A stretch of DNA of 32,000 bases from Candidatus Saccharimonadota bacterium (lineage in GTDB: Bacteria; Patescibacteriota; Gracilibacteria; BD1-5; UBA6164). The notes under the pieces are model-generated. The model was given only the letters and a program-made list of their open reading frames with translations. It had not been told where the DNA came from and ran no database searches. Positions 10,183 through 19,869 of this stretch are shown here, one piece after another (the first letter of the stretch is position 1; every line of letters begins with the position of its first letter). Location: positions 420,001 to 452,000 of the forward strand of contig OZ245768.1 of NCBI GenBank assembly GCA_965227835.1. Reading direction: 5' to 3'. The position numbers and the translations under genes are program-made.

Positions 10183-10538
10183 TGTTGCTATATTTAACGA
10201 CGCAAGATGAGTTTGTTTTTGGCTAAGCTAAATTGCATTGAGAGGCATGTCGTCTTCTCGTATAATGCTTGAAAGACACCTCAGCTTAAAAACAAGCTTG
10301 CTGAGACAAGGAGAATAGCTTGTTACTGTTGTTCTTTCAGAAAAAGGACTTCTTCTTTTGGAGATTTTGGGGTTATCATCTTTTGCAATTTTCAAGAATT
10401 ACAGCTTGAAACCCTGTACAATTTTTGAGAATAAGAATCTTAGATGAATCAAAAAACATTTAAGTTCTTCTAGTGCTTATGGTAGCTCCAAAATCCCAAA
10501 GTAGAATATTATAAAAGGCTTTAAAAAAGCCTTTTTTT
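10183..10538 (+). ncRNA. candidate structured non-coding RNA, class unknown
   Basis: Segment visibly richer in G/C than its surroundings, with its own promoter-like element and terminator. Local hairpins: CTCAGC 10280-85 / GCTGAG 10300-05, and ACAAG 10306-10 / CTTGT 10319-23. Long-range pairing: GAGATTTTGGGG 10361-72 with CTCCAAAATCCC 10486-97. No RNase P, tmRNA or SRP signature seen. Confidence 0.35.
10513..10538. terminator. bidirectional hairpin terminator between the candidate RNA and the convergent helicase gene
   Basis: AAAAGGCTTT-AAA-AAAGCCTTTT with T-runs on both strands. Confidence 0.7.
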
Positions 10539-10556
10539 GTTACTAGCTCATATAAT

Positions 10557-13500
10557 CTAAATTATATTCAACTCTCATTTCCAAAAATCAATATCGCTTA
10601 TTTTTGCCCGACTATCTTTAACTAATTTTTTAAAATCTTCAAAATCCTCATTTGAATAGGGAACAGAAATATATTTATATTCTCAATCTTTTCATTCTAC
10701 AAAATCTATTCCCAGCTCTCAAATATCATATCTAGATTTAAGTTCACTACAATTTTCAAACATAAGCTTATAAAACAAAAGCTGTTTATAATAATCTCAA
10801 CCTTCTTCTTTTTTGTTTCAATTTCTGTCTAATCATTTTATACTTCAAATAGTTTTTGTTTTTCAGGTCTTGTAATCAACTAAAGAAACCTTATTTTTAA
10901 ATAAAGCTTGTTGTCAAAGTGGAGATATTTCTTCAGAAGAAGAATTATCTAAAAAATCAGAAATTATCTCAATTTTATCAATTTTTCAACTCAAAGGTAC
11001 TCATTCAAATAAAACATTTTTTGGATAAAAACTATATTCTGTTTTTAATATTTCTCGTTTATTTTTTATAAATATATCGTAATATCACTCAAATCCCTTA
11101 TTTCATCTCTCTAAAAGTCTAGAGTATTCTTCAAAGTTAAGACTGTATTTATTTATTTCATCTAAAAATAGTTTTTTTATTTTTTCTATAGAGAAAATAT
11201 TTCAATCTTTTTTACCGTTTACAGATACTTCTAAAACTTTATGGTAAGCACTACCAAATATTAAGTTCTCATTATTCAAGAAAGGATATTTAAAAATAAC
11301 TTCTTTTAAAAAAACTTTTGGATCAGATAAAAATTTATTTAAATCTGTAGGGGAGAGCTTGTATGTGGATAAAAAATCTTTTATATATTTTAACTCATCT
11401 TTTTTAGTGCTTATCAAATCCTCTCTACCTATTATACAATCTTTTATCATATTTTTTAAATCTTCTTCTCATGCTTCTGTTTTGTACATTTGAGGAGATA
11501 TACCAGTTTCTACCATAAAAGCAGATTGTAAAAGTATTTTGTTGTCCTTACTTTCTGACATAGTAAAAATTACTGATTTTTTTGCTCTTGTTATAGCAAC
11601 GAAAAAAAGTCTTCTTTCTTCTTCGCTAGATATATTTTTTTCTAAACTTAAATATTCTTTCTCAGATAATCAAGAATATTGTATTCAACTTCAAATCAAT
11701 CATACAGGTAGCTTCAATTTATCTGCAATTTTCTTTTTATTCCAATTTCATTCATAAACCTGAGGGATAAATACATAATCATATTCAAGTCATTTAGAAC
11801 CATGGGCAGTTAATATTACTATATTTGATTCTATTGTTTTCACATTTTCTCTTGATATACTAACTAAGTGTTTTTTATGTAGATCAAATTTATTTATTAT
11901 GTTTTTTAAAGTTATTTCTTTATTATTTTCTATATATCTTTTAATTTTATTTACCAAAGTAAAGAAGTTTTGAATATCATTAAAGTTTCAGTTTTCTTCT
12001 ATGTATCAAAATATATTTAGTTTGTTTATTATATCTCTTATTAGCGAGTTTATTGATAGGTTTGGAGTATTTGATACTAGAGATAAAATCATTTCTCTAA
12101 AATTAACTATTTTTTCTATATTTTTACATGATTCTGTAAGAAAACTATCATTCTCTATATCTCTTATAATATCCCATACTCATAGCCTAAATTTCTTTTT
12201 AGAATAGTTTCTTTGATATAAAGTTCTTGTTATATGAATTACATCTATATTTTCCACATCAACTATATCACTTCTAAGTAAATCAATTAGATGAGAATCA
12301 TCAAAATAAGGGTTTTCTATAAGTTTTAAAAATTTTATAAAAAAGTCACAATATATATTTTTTAATATGTCTATACTGTTTTTTGAGTCTACAACTAAAC
12401 CTTTTCTTTGAAAAAAATCTGTCCATTCTTCTACCTGTTTATTTGTTTTCACTATTACTGCAAAACTTTCTTTATTTATATCTTTTTTTACTATTTGTTC
12501 ATAAACAAAGTTTTTCTCCAAAAATTCATTTTCTAGTATAAAAAATCAATTATTATCTAAACTTTTACTTTCTCATACAGCCTTTAAATCTTTTATTATA
12601 TTTTCATAATTGTTAGATATTCTTTGGCTATTTTTTCCTATTAATATTTGGGAAATATCAAGTATAGACTGGCTTGATCTATAATTTTGATCAAGGATTA
12701 CTGTATGTCTTTTTGGGTAAATTTTGCTGAAATTTAATATATTTTCTATATTTGCTCATTGGAAACGATATATAGATTGATCATCATCTCACACAACCAT
12801 TATATTTTGTTCTTCTGGAAAGTACGATAATATTAGGTTTATAATATTGTTTTGTGAGTTGTTTGTATCTTGAAATTCATCAACCATTATAAATTGAAAT
12901 TTTTCAGCATAATAAGCTAACATATCTGACTTTTTTTCAAATTTATCTGTTACAAAATTTATCATATCAGCATAATCGTATAATCATATATCTCTTATTT
13001 TTTCTTGGTACTTCTCATATATCAAAGCCAGTTCTTTGAGTTTATTTATATGTTTGTCATAAGTTTCCTTATCTTTTTTCATTCTTTTTCCCAAGTCTCT
13101 TATTCTTTTATTCTCATTTAAAGCTGAAATCTTCTCATCATATATTTCTTGCTGTTTTAGTATTATTTCTCTAAAATCTTTTGTAGATACTCATTCTGTT
13201 TTTAGTTTTCCAATTCTATCTTTTATATCTCTCAAATACATATATCTGTCTTGAGGACTGAAAAGTTCATTTATTTCTTCTTTTTTTATATATTCATCTA
13301 ATATATTGCTCAATATCTCATACGATTCTATTTCATCTATTATAGATTTTGCTTTTTCTTCTATAAAATTTTCAGGAAAATCACTAATTATTTCATCACA
13401 AAAAGAGTGAAAAGTTGTTATTTTCACTTTGTAAGCACTTGTTCATATAAAACTTACAAGTCTTTTTTTGATTGCTACTACTCAAGCTTCTGTGAATGTA

Positions 13501-13688
13501 GTTATCAAAATATTTTCAGGATTTATTCAGGTTTGAAGTATTATATTTGCTGTTCTTAGAGCTATTATTTGTGTTTTACCACTACCTGGTCAAGCAATAA
13601 CCATAACAGGTCAGTAAATAGAATCCACAGCTTTCTTTTGATTATCATTTAGTTTTTTATATTCGTCTTCAAAAAAGAATTTTTCCAT
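10557..13688 (-). CDS. UvrD/AddA-like ATP-dependent helicase fused to a C-terminal PD-(D/E)XK (RecB-type) nuclease
   Basis: 1044 codons in one frame; track ORFs 11202..11450, 12180..12521 and 13191..13427 are all in-frame fragments. Walker A VIAGPGSGKT (first G is TGA at 13590-13592). MVDEFQDTN, GDDDQSIYRFQGA, LDQNYRS. C-terminus GKIDKIEII, VDYKTGKTK, YYKQLLFY (nuclease motifs). Stop TAG at 10557-10559. Confidence 0.9.
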
Positions 13689-13724
13689 TGTGTTTTTTTA
13701 TTTTTTAAAATTTATTTAATATGA

Positions 13725-13895
13725 TAGCCCTCACTCTAACTATTTCCGAGCAGACCTCACCCTAGCTCAAGCCCTCACTCCCAGCCCCTCTCCTTTGGAG
13801 GAGAGGGGAGTATAACAGACTTCATCCTAACTCTAATACGAGTAAGACCTCACACTAACCTTATCCTTTTGGAAGTAGAGGGGATAGAACAGGAT
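13725..13895. repeat. family A GC-rich repeat, two tandem units
   Basis: cgagcagacctcaccctagc...CCCCTCTCCTttggAGGAGAGGGG...cgagtaagacctcacactaacc...gaggggatagaacagg. Confidence 0.8.
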
Positions 13896-13927
13896 TAAAT
13901 GATTTTTATATAATTTCTTAACTAAGA

Positions 13928-13947
13928 CAAGGGGTCTTGACCCCTTG
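13928..13947. repeat. conserved hairpin CAAGGGGTC-TTG-ACCCCTTG
   Basis: An identical 20-mer is found at 18249-18268. In both places it lies about 35-55 nt after a family A unit. Confidence 0.8.
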
Positions 13948-14135
13948 CAGTTGAATACTATATCTTCTTCTTCATTAATTGCACTTCATTTCTTACTTTG
14001 TGTTCCCTTGTAGTATTATAGTTGAACTCTTGCATTATTTTCCTACCTAAACTCTACATCGTAAGCTAACACATATTTAAAATCTCTTCAATTGTCTTCA
14101 TAAAACTTGAAGAAATAATATCAACTAAGATTATA

Positions 14136-15638
14136 TCATATTTGATTTATTAATTTTTCTATATCTGTGGAGCTTATATCATAAAACCTTAATTTTGATA
14201 TATATTTCTTGCTAGAATTTTTTGTAAAACTAAAATCTTTAACACTATAAATAGGTAATATTCTTGAAAAATTATCTAAAGTTATTTTTTCATTGTAATC
14301 TATTCTGTGCTCTTTTTTAAATTCTATTAATTTAAGTAGTTTATAGTTTTTGCCTTTGTACTTTCCCGACTTAACAATTTCATTTAGATTATATAAAATC
14401 ATTTCTTCTCTATTTTCCAAGCTCATATTTCTTACAGATTCTGGTAAATCTTCTTCATCATATCTATTTGTATAAGATAAATCTTTTGGTAGATTGAAAT
14501 ATTTATAATCTCTAAATTGCTTATCATCTATTGCTCAAACAGGATCATCAAAAGTAGGATCATAATATCTATCTCAAACTTTAACCCAAGCATGTCATAC
14601 TTCAGGGAAATCATCAGCATCTATTACATATCATCTAATTACTTCTACATCATTTATTCAAGCAAACATAAGCATATAAACCATCAATTTTGCATATCAT
14701 TCACATACTCAGTCTTTGTTTTTAAATGTTTCTATCCCAGAAAAAATTTTATAATTATCAAAATCAATAGCTTTAGAATAAGAGATGTTTTTAAGTATGT
14801 AGTTATATATATTTTGTATTTTTGATTTTGTACTTAGGTTATTTGTTATATTTTTTGTTTTTTTCTTTAATTTTTCAAAATAATAATCATAGGATGAAAC
14901 AGGAGAGTTTCTTATATCATCAAGAACTTCTTCCAAAAAATAATATTTATTTTCTAAATCTTTCACTAAATCATCTTTTATTAGCCTTATCTTTTTTGGA
15001 TTTTTTACAAATCATATTTCATCTTTTTTTGTAACAAAAAGTAAATCTGTTTCGAGGTTAACTCAATTATAATCTAAATCTCTTTTGCTTACATTTACTC
15101 CTTTTGGAAAAAAACTATAGCTTTTAAAACTATATGCTTTCCAAACTCCATCTTCTAAAAATATATGTTTTTTGGTATAACTTATATTTTTAAAATATTT
15201 AGAATAACTATAACTTTCAATTATTTTTTTTCTTCTTTCTTTTTCAAGAATATATTTTTGCTTGTATATTTCTGATTTTTCACTTTCTGCCAGTGTATCT
15301 TCCAATATATCTTCTTTTTCTTCACTGTTATAATCTATATTATCTTTTTTTATTTCTTCTTCTATTTGTTTTATCTTTTCTTTGCTTAGATAAGAAACTT
15401 GATTTAATACATCAAGAAATTTTTCATTATTTTTATATTTCTTGTTTGTTTTAAAAGATTCAAATTTTTTATTTAAATTTAAAAATATATTTTTCTGAGA
15501 CTCTAGATCATTTTCTTTTTGAATTTTTATCACTAAATTATCAAATAGTTTTTGTACTTTTGGACTTATATAAACTCAAAAACTACTATTTGAAAAAAGA
15601 AAAAATATTGAAATGAATAAGAAGATTTTTTTTATCAT
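14136..15638 (-). CDS. secreted transglutaminase-like cysteine protease-domain protein
   Basis: 501 codons; track ORFs 14136..14426, 14709..14966 and 15063..15533 are in-frame fragments. Signal peptide MIKKIFLFISIFFLFSNSSFG. Cys-His-Asp core GVCEGYAKLMVYML...EVGHAWVKVGDRYYDPTFDDP. Confidence 0.8.
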
Positions 15639-15789
15639 ATTTTAAAGTTTATTTTACAAATCGATTGCTATGTAGCTAATATTATAGTTGACTATTTTTG
15701 ATTATAGTATTCTCTGCCAAAATTTTAACTTTTCAAACTCTCTTTAATTTTCACCAAGAATTTTTGGCTTAAAATATATTCCTATATTC

Positions 15790-15862
15790 CTTTTCTATTC
15801 TCTCTGTTCTATTTCCTCTCCTCTAAGGAGAGGGTTAGAGTGAAGTGTAGCTGGAGAGTTAA
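15790..15862. repeat. family A GC-rich repeat (inverted orientation)
   Basis: The reverse complement reads cacttcactctaaCCCTCTCCTTagAGGAGAGGaaatagaacagagagaatagaa. Confidence 0.75.
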
Positions 15863-15910
15863 TAGAGCAGGTGTTTGTTCATAGAGTAGTGTGGGTTCTT
15901 ATTTTACTAC

Positions 15911-16046
15911 AAAAGGCTAAAGCTCAGTCTTGTCGGAAACCTTATTTTTAATTTATTGTACAGATGATTAGCCCATTTCGGACAATACTAGGCTAAAGCC
16001 TTCTTTGTTTAAAATGAAAGGCAAAGGGCTAAAGCCCTCTGTTGCA
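15911..16046. repeat. family B repeat cluster with three CTAAAG-loop hairpins
   Basis: GGCTAAAGCT at 15915-15924, AGGC-TAAA-GCCT at 15990-16001, AGGGC-TAAA-GCCCT at 16025-16038, plus inverted repeat TTGTCGGAAA / TTTCGGACAA. Confidence 0.7.
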
Positions 16047-16054
16047 GTTATATT

Positions 16055-17599
16055 TTACAAATCAATTGCTTTTTGAAGTTGTAAATCATCTTTTACTTCC
16101 ACTCAATAACTATCCATTTTTATTTCTATATCTGGTTTTATTCAAACTTCATCTATACCTATTTGATTTTTTCAAGTATACCATTTAGCAACTGTAAATT
16201 TCAAACTCGATCAATCAACATAATTTTTTATAGATTGTACAGAACCTTTACCATAGGATTTTTCTCATATCACAGTCAAACTAGGATAATAATCCTTCAA
16301 TGTTCAAATAAATATCTCAGAAGCCGAAGCTGTTCCTCAATTCTCCAAGGCTATTAATTTATACTTAGAAAAATCTATATCATTTGTTCCTTTGGAATAA
16401 TAATTTTGATAATCATTAAGGTATTTAACAACAGCTGTTTTCTCTCATTTTTCTATAAAATTTCATAATATTTCTGATACCTGATCCAAATATCCTCAAC
16501 CATTTCATCTCAAATCAAATATTATCTTTTTTATTTTTTTATCATCTTTTAATATATCCAAAGCTTCTCTAAATTCTTGTGAAATATTTGGTCAAAAAAA
16601 GTTCATTTTAATATAGTAAGTTTCATTATCCAATTTCTCTGCTTCAACTTCTCTCATATTTATTTTTGATCTTATTATATCTAAATCAAACTCTTTTTCT
16701 CATCTTTTTATAGTTAGAGTTACTTTAGTCCCTGCTTTTCATTTTATAAGAGAGATAATTTTTTCTATTGAATCCTTTTCAGTAATCTCTCTTTTATCTA
16801 CATGAGTTACTATGTCTCATCATTTCAATCATGATTTTTCTGCAGGAGAATTTGGCAAGGGAGATATTATTGTAAAAATTCCAGGCTTTTCCATATCTAC
16901 ATATGCCCCTATTCATTCATATTCTCAATTTAAAGATTCTATAAAATCTTTGTTCATAGTTGCAGGAAAATAAACTGTGTACTTATCTCAAATAGAATCA
17001 GCTAAAGCCTTTGTTGCATCTTCAATCATTTTTTTATTATCTAGATTTTTTCTTTCATAATGAGATGAAGAAATAGTCTCATATACATCAGAAAATATTG
17101 CTTTTTTCTTTGATATATCTTTGTTTCAATCTTTTAATTCAAATGTATTTATTTCTTTATCTATCTTTTTTTCTAGCTCTTCAAAATCTTTAAATTTTAC
17201 TTTTTTTGATTTAAGTTCAGCTTCTTTCCTAGAATCTATGAAATCAATTCAATAATTTTTTTCTGCAAATTTGTAAAAACTATAAGCACTTGGTTTAGAG
17301 TTTTTCCTCAAGTATGTATCCAGATTATCAAGTACATCTACATATATAAGTTTTTGTAAATTTTCGTATGTTTCAGATCATTTTTCTACTCATTTTATTT
17401 TTACTTCTATATATTTATAAGTTTCAGGTATTACATCTGTATAAGAATCTCCAAAAAAATTAATCATATCTTCTAAACTTATAGTGGAGTTTAGTTTTTC
17501 ATATGTTTCTTCAGATACTATTTTTATGGCATTTGTTTGGTAAAAAGGTAGTAAAATTAACACTAAAATTCATATAAATATTTTGGTTTTTTTAATCAT
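16055..17599 (-). CDS. S41-family C-terminal processing peptidase (Ctp/Prc-like) with PDZ domain
   Basis: 515 codons. N-terminal anchor or signal MIKKTKIFIGILVLILLPFYQTNA. PDZ-like GIGAYVDMEKPGIFTIISPLPNSPAEKSGLKGGDIVTHVD. DLRGNGGGYL. ENGGTASASEIF. SYGKGSVQS. Confidence 0.85.
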
Positions 17600-17738
17600 T
17601 TTAAAATTTTTTAAAGATATATTTTTGAGTAAGAATTATAATAAAAATATAGAAAATAAAACATTTTAACTATTGCTAAGTTAGCATTGAGTATTGATAG
17701 ATATTTTTTCATAATATTTCTGAATTTTATATGTTTTT

Positions 17739-17966
17739 TTATTTTCTATCAAATATAAAGTCTAAACCTCAAAAAGGGTATAGTACTCATACAAATATTA
17801 GAGCTAATCACATTAGCATAATAACAATATATGTTCATCAGTTTCATATATATTTTTCTGCCCACATAAAAGTTCATGTCCATGATCTTATTACTCTTCT
17901 ATATTTTAAAAGCAAAACTCATGATCAAACTAAAACTAAAGAATAAAGTATTTTTATAAAAATCAT
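17739..17966 (-). CDS. small Gly-rich membrane protein (75 aa)
   Basis: Readable only under code 25 (10 in-frame TGA). Translation MIFIKILYSLVLVGSGVLLLKYRRVIRSWTGTFMWAEKYIGNGGTYIVIMLMGLALIFVGVLYPFGGLDFIFDRK, with two hydrophobic helices. It is antisense to track ORF 17731..17946. Confidence 0.5.
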
Positions 17967-18024
17967 TTTTTGTGTTTTTAGAATTTAAAATATATATGTA
18001 AGGGCTATGTTATAATTATCTAAA

Positions 18025-18190
18025 CTCAGTAAGACCTTACCCTAAATATTTATGGTTAATATCCTATTATAGCCCAAGCAGATCTAGCCCTAGTATTCTC
18101 CATATATACCTAATCCTAACTCGAGTAGACCTCACCCTAACCCTCTCCTTAAAGGAGAGTAGGGAATAGAACAGGTAGGAATAGAACATA
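18025..18190. repeat. family A GC-rich repeat, 2-3 units
   Basis: cagtaagaccttaccctaa ... caagcagatctagcccta ... cgagtagacctcaccctaaCCCTCTCCTTaaAGGAGAGtagggaatagaacagg. Confidence 0.8.
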
Positions 18191-18248
18191 ATGGATAAAA
18201 TAGAAAGACAACAGAGTATTTAATATATAATTAGGATTAACATATAGA

Positions 18249-18268
18249 CAAGGGGTCTTGACCCCTTG
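18249..18268. repeat. conserved hairpin CAAGGGGTC-TTG-ACCCCTTG (second copy)
   Basis: Identical to 13928-13947. Followed by the near-tandem repeat cttgctcttggtcca x2 (18266-18280 and 18285-18299). Confidence 0.8.
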
Positions 18269-18325
18269 CTCTTGGTCCACCCTCTTGCTCTTGGTCCATT
18301 TTCTTGTTATTTCTTGTAAATATTC

Positions 18326-19771
18326 CTATTTAGCTTCTTTCCAATTTATTCAAACTCAAAAATCAGCTTTTAGTATTACTTCTTTATTATCCAAAATAGA
18401 CTCCATAATTTTGGGGATTTCTAGTTTCAATACTTCTTCTTCTCATGGGAATAAATCAAATACAAGTTCATCATGTACTTGCATTATCATAAGAGATTTT
18501 AAATTTCTTTCTTTTAAAAAACTAGAAACTCTTATCATAGCTATCTTTATTATATCAGCTGAAGTTCATTGCACAGGCATATTTATTGCCTCTCTATCAG
18601 CACTGTTTTTTATAATTTTATTAGAGTCATTTATTCATTTTATATACCTCTTTCTTCAAAAAAGAGTTTCTACATATGTATTTTTTTCACAAAATTCAAT
18701 AGTATCCTGCAAGTATTTCTTTACTTTTGGATAGCTTTCAAAAAATTTGTCTATGTAGTTTCTAGCATCAATTACAGATATATCAATCATTTTTGATAAT
18801 CAAAAAGCAGAAATCCCGTAAACAACTCCAAAATTCACTGCTTTTGCTATTTTTCTGTCTTCTACTCATATAAATTCAGCTGTTCTAGTGTGTATATCAA
18901 ATCATTTTTTAAAAGTATCTATTAAGTTTTCATCTCAACTCATCAAGGCAAGTATTCTAAGTTCTACTTGAGAATAATCAAAAGATATTATTTTTCATTT
19001 ATCAAATCTTGATATAAAAGCAGATCTTATTTCTCATGCTATTCATCAAGAAATGGGTATATTTTGTAGGTTTGGAGAGTTGCTTGATAGTCTTCAAGTT
19101 GAAGTAACGGTTTGATTGTAGTTTGTATGAAGAAAATCATTTTCATCAAGTAAATCTATAAGTCATTTTATGTATGTAGAATTAAGTTTTGAATAATGTC
19201 TGTATTTTATTATTTTTTCACAAACAGGATAATTCCTAGCTAGATTTTCTAATACTTCTGAGTTTACACTCCAACCTGTTTTTGTTTTTTTTCATTTTGG
19301 TAATCAGAGTTTTTCAAAAAGTATTTCTCAAACTTGTTTAGGAGAGCTTATATTAAATTCTTCTCATACTTCTTCAAATATAGAGCTACTTAGGATTATT
19401 ATTTCTTTTTCAAAAATTGTTCAAAGTTCTTTTAATCTATCTCTATCAATTTTTACCCCAGATATTTCCACATCTTTTATTACTTTTAAAAGAGGTATTT
19501 CTATATCGTTTAGAACTTTATCTGAAAATATTTTTTCTTCTTTTTGAGATTTTAGCAATAAATTTGTTATATAAACATCTTCTCATGAGTATTTAGAAGC
19601 TGTGTCCAAATCTATATCTATAAAATCTAAATGTTTTTTCTCTGTTATATCTTGATAGCTTATCATTTCATAATCAAATTTTCTATCTGCTATTTTATCA
19701 AGAGATAATCATCTTTCTCATGGATTTTTTATATACTGGGCAATTATCGTGTCATATATTTTTGCTTTCAT
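18326..19771 (-). CDS. polA: family A DNA polymerase, polymerase domain only (N-terminally truncated PolA)
   Basis: 482 codons. TNYNQTVTSTGRLSSNSPNLQNIP, DYSQVELRILA, KAVNFGVVYGISAFGL, REAINMPVQGTSADI, QVHDELVF. It starts at MKAKIYDTIIAQYIKNPGERG, which corresponds to the end of the 3'-5' exonuclease region. Confidence 0.9.
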
Positions 19772-19869
19772 AAATTTTTTATATATTTGCTTAGTAATAA
19801 TTTTTTGGCAGAAGATTTCAGTCTTTTGAACTCTTTGATATTTCAAATCTTACCTTTGATTTTAATATG

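Noticed and set aside
10207-10434. 75-codon ORF inside the G/C-enriched segment (MSLFLAKLNCIERHVVFSYNAGK...)
   Set aside because: No RBS, codon choice unlike the neighbouring genes, six Cys residues in an odd composition, and with only two stop codons an open frame of this length is not rare by chance. It is kept only as an alternative to the ncRNA hypothesis.
10183-10538. Identification of the candidate RNA as tmRNA, RNase P RNA, SRP RNA or a known riboswitch
   Set aside because: I could not find the conserved signatures: no tRNA-like T-loop or acceptor end, no GAGGAAAGTCC or ACAGAA P4 elements, no SRP domain IV motif, and no TPP or SAM cores. There is also no downstream gene on the same strand for a riboswitch.
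14517-15034. Plus-strand ORFs 14517..14825 and 14822..15034
   Set aside because: They are antisense to the transglutaminase-like gene, whose three minus-strand track fragments join in one frame once TGA is read as Gly.
17731-17946. 71-aa plus-strand track ORF
   Set aside because: The composition is not protein-like (His/Ile/Lys/Thr runs). The opposite strand gives a much more convincing membrane peptide under code 25.
13725-18270. Family A/B repeats as a CRISPR array or as integron attC sites separating gene cassettes
   Set aside because: There is no regular repeat-spacer periodicity, and units occur in both orientations with variable spacing. No GTTRRRY/RYYYAAC attC boundaries were seen. 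The intervening genes are large and include housekeeping functions (polA, helicase), and no cas or intI gene is present.
18258-18734. 158-aa and overlapping 75-aa plus-strand ORFs
   Set aside because: They are antisense to the polA polymerase-domain frame (motifs A, B and C present on the minus strand) and have no protein-like features.
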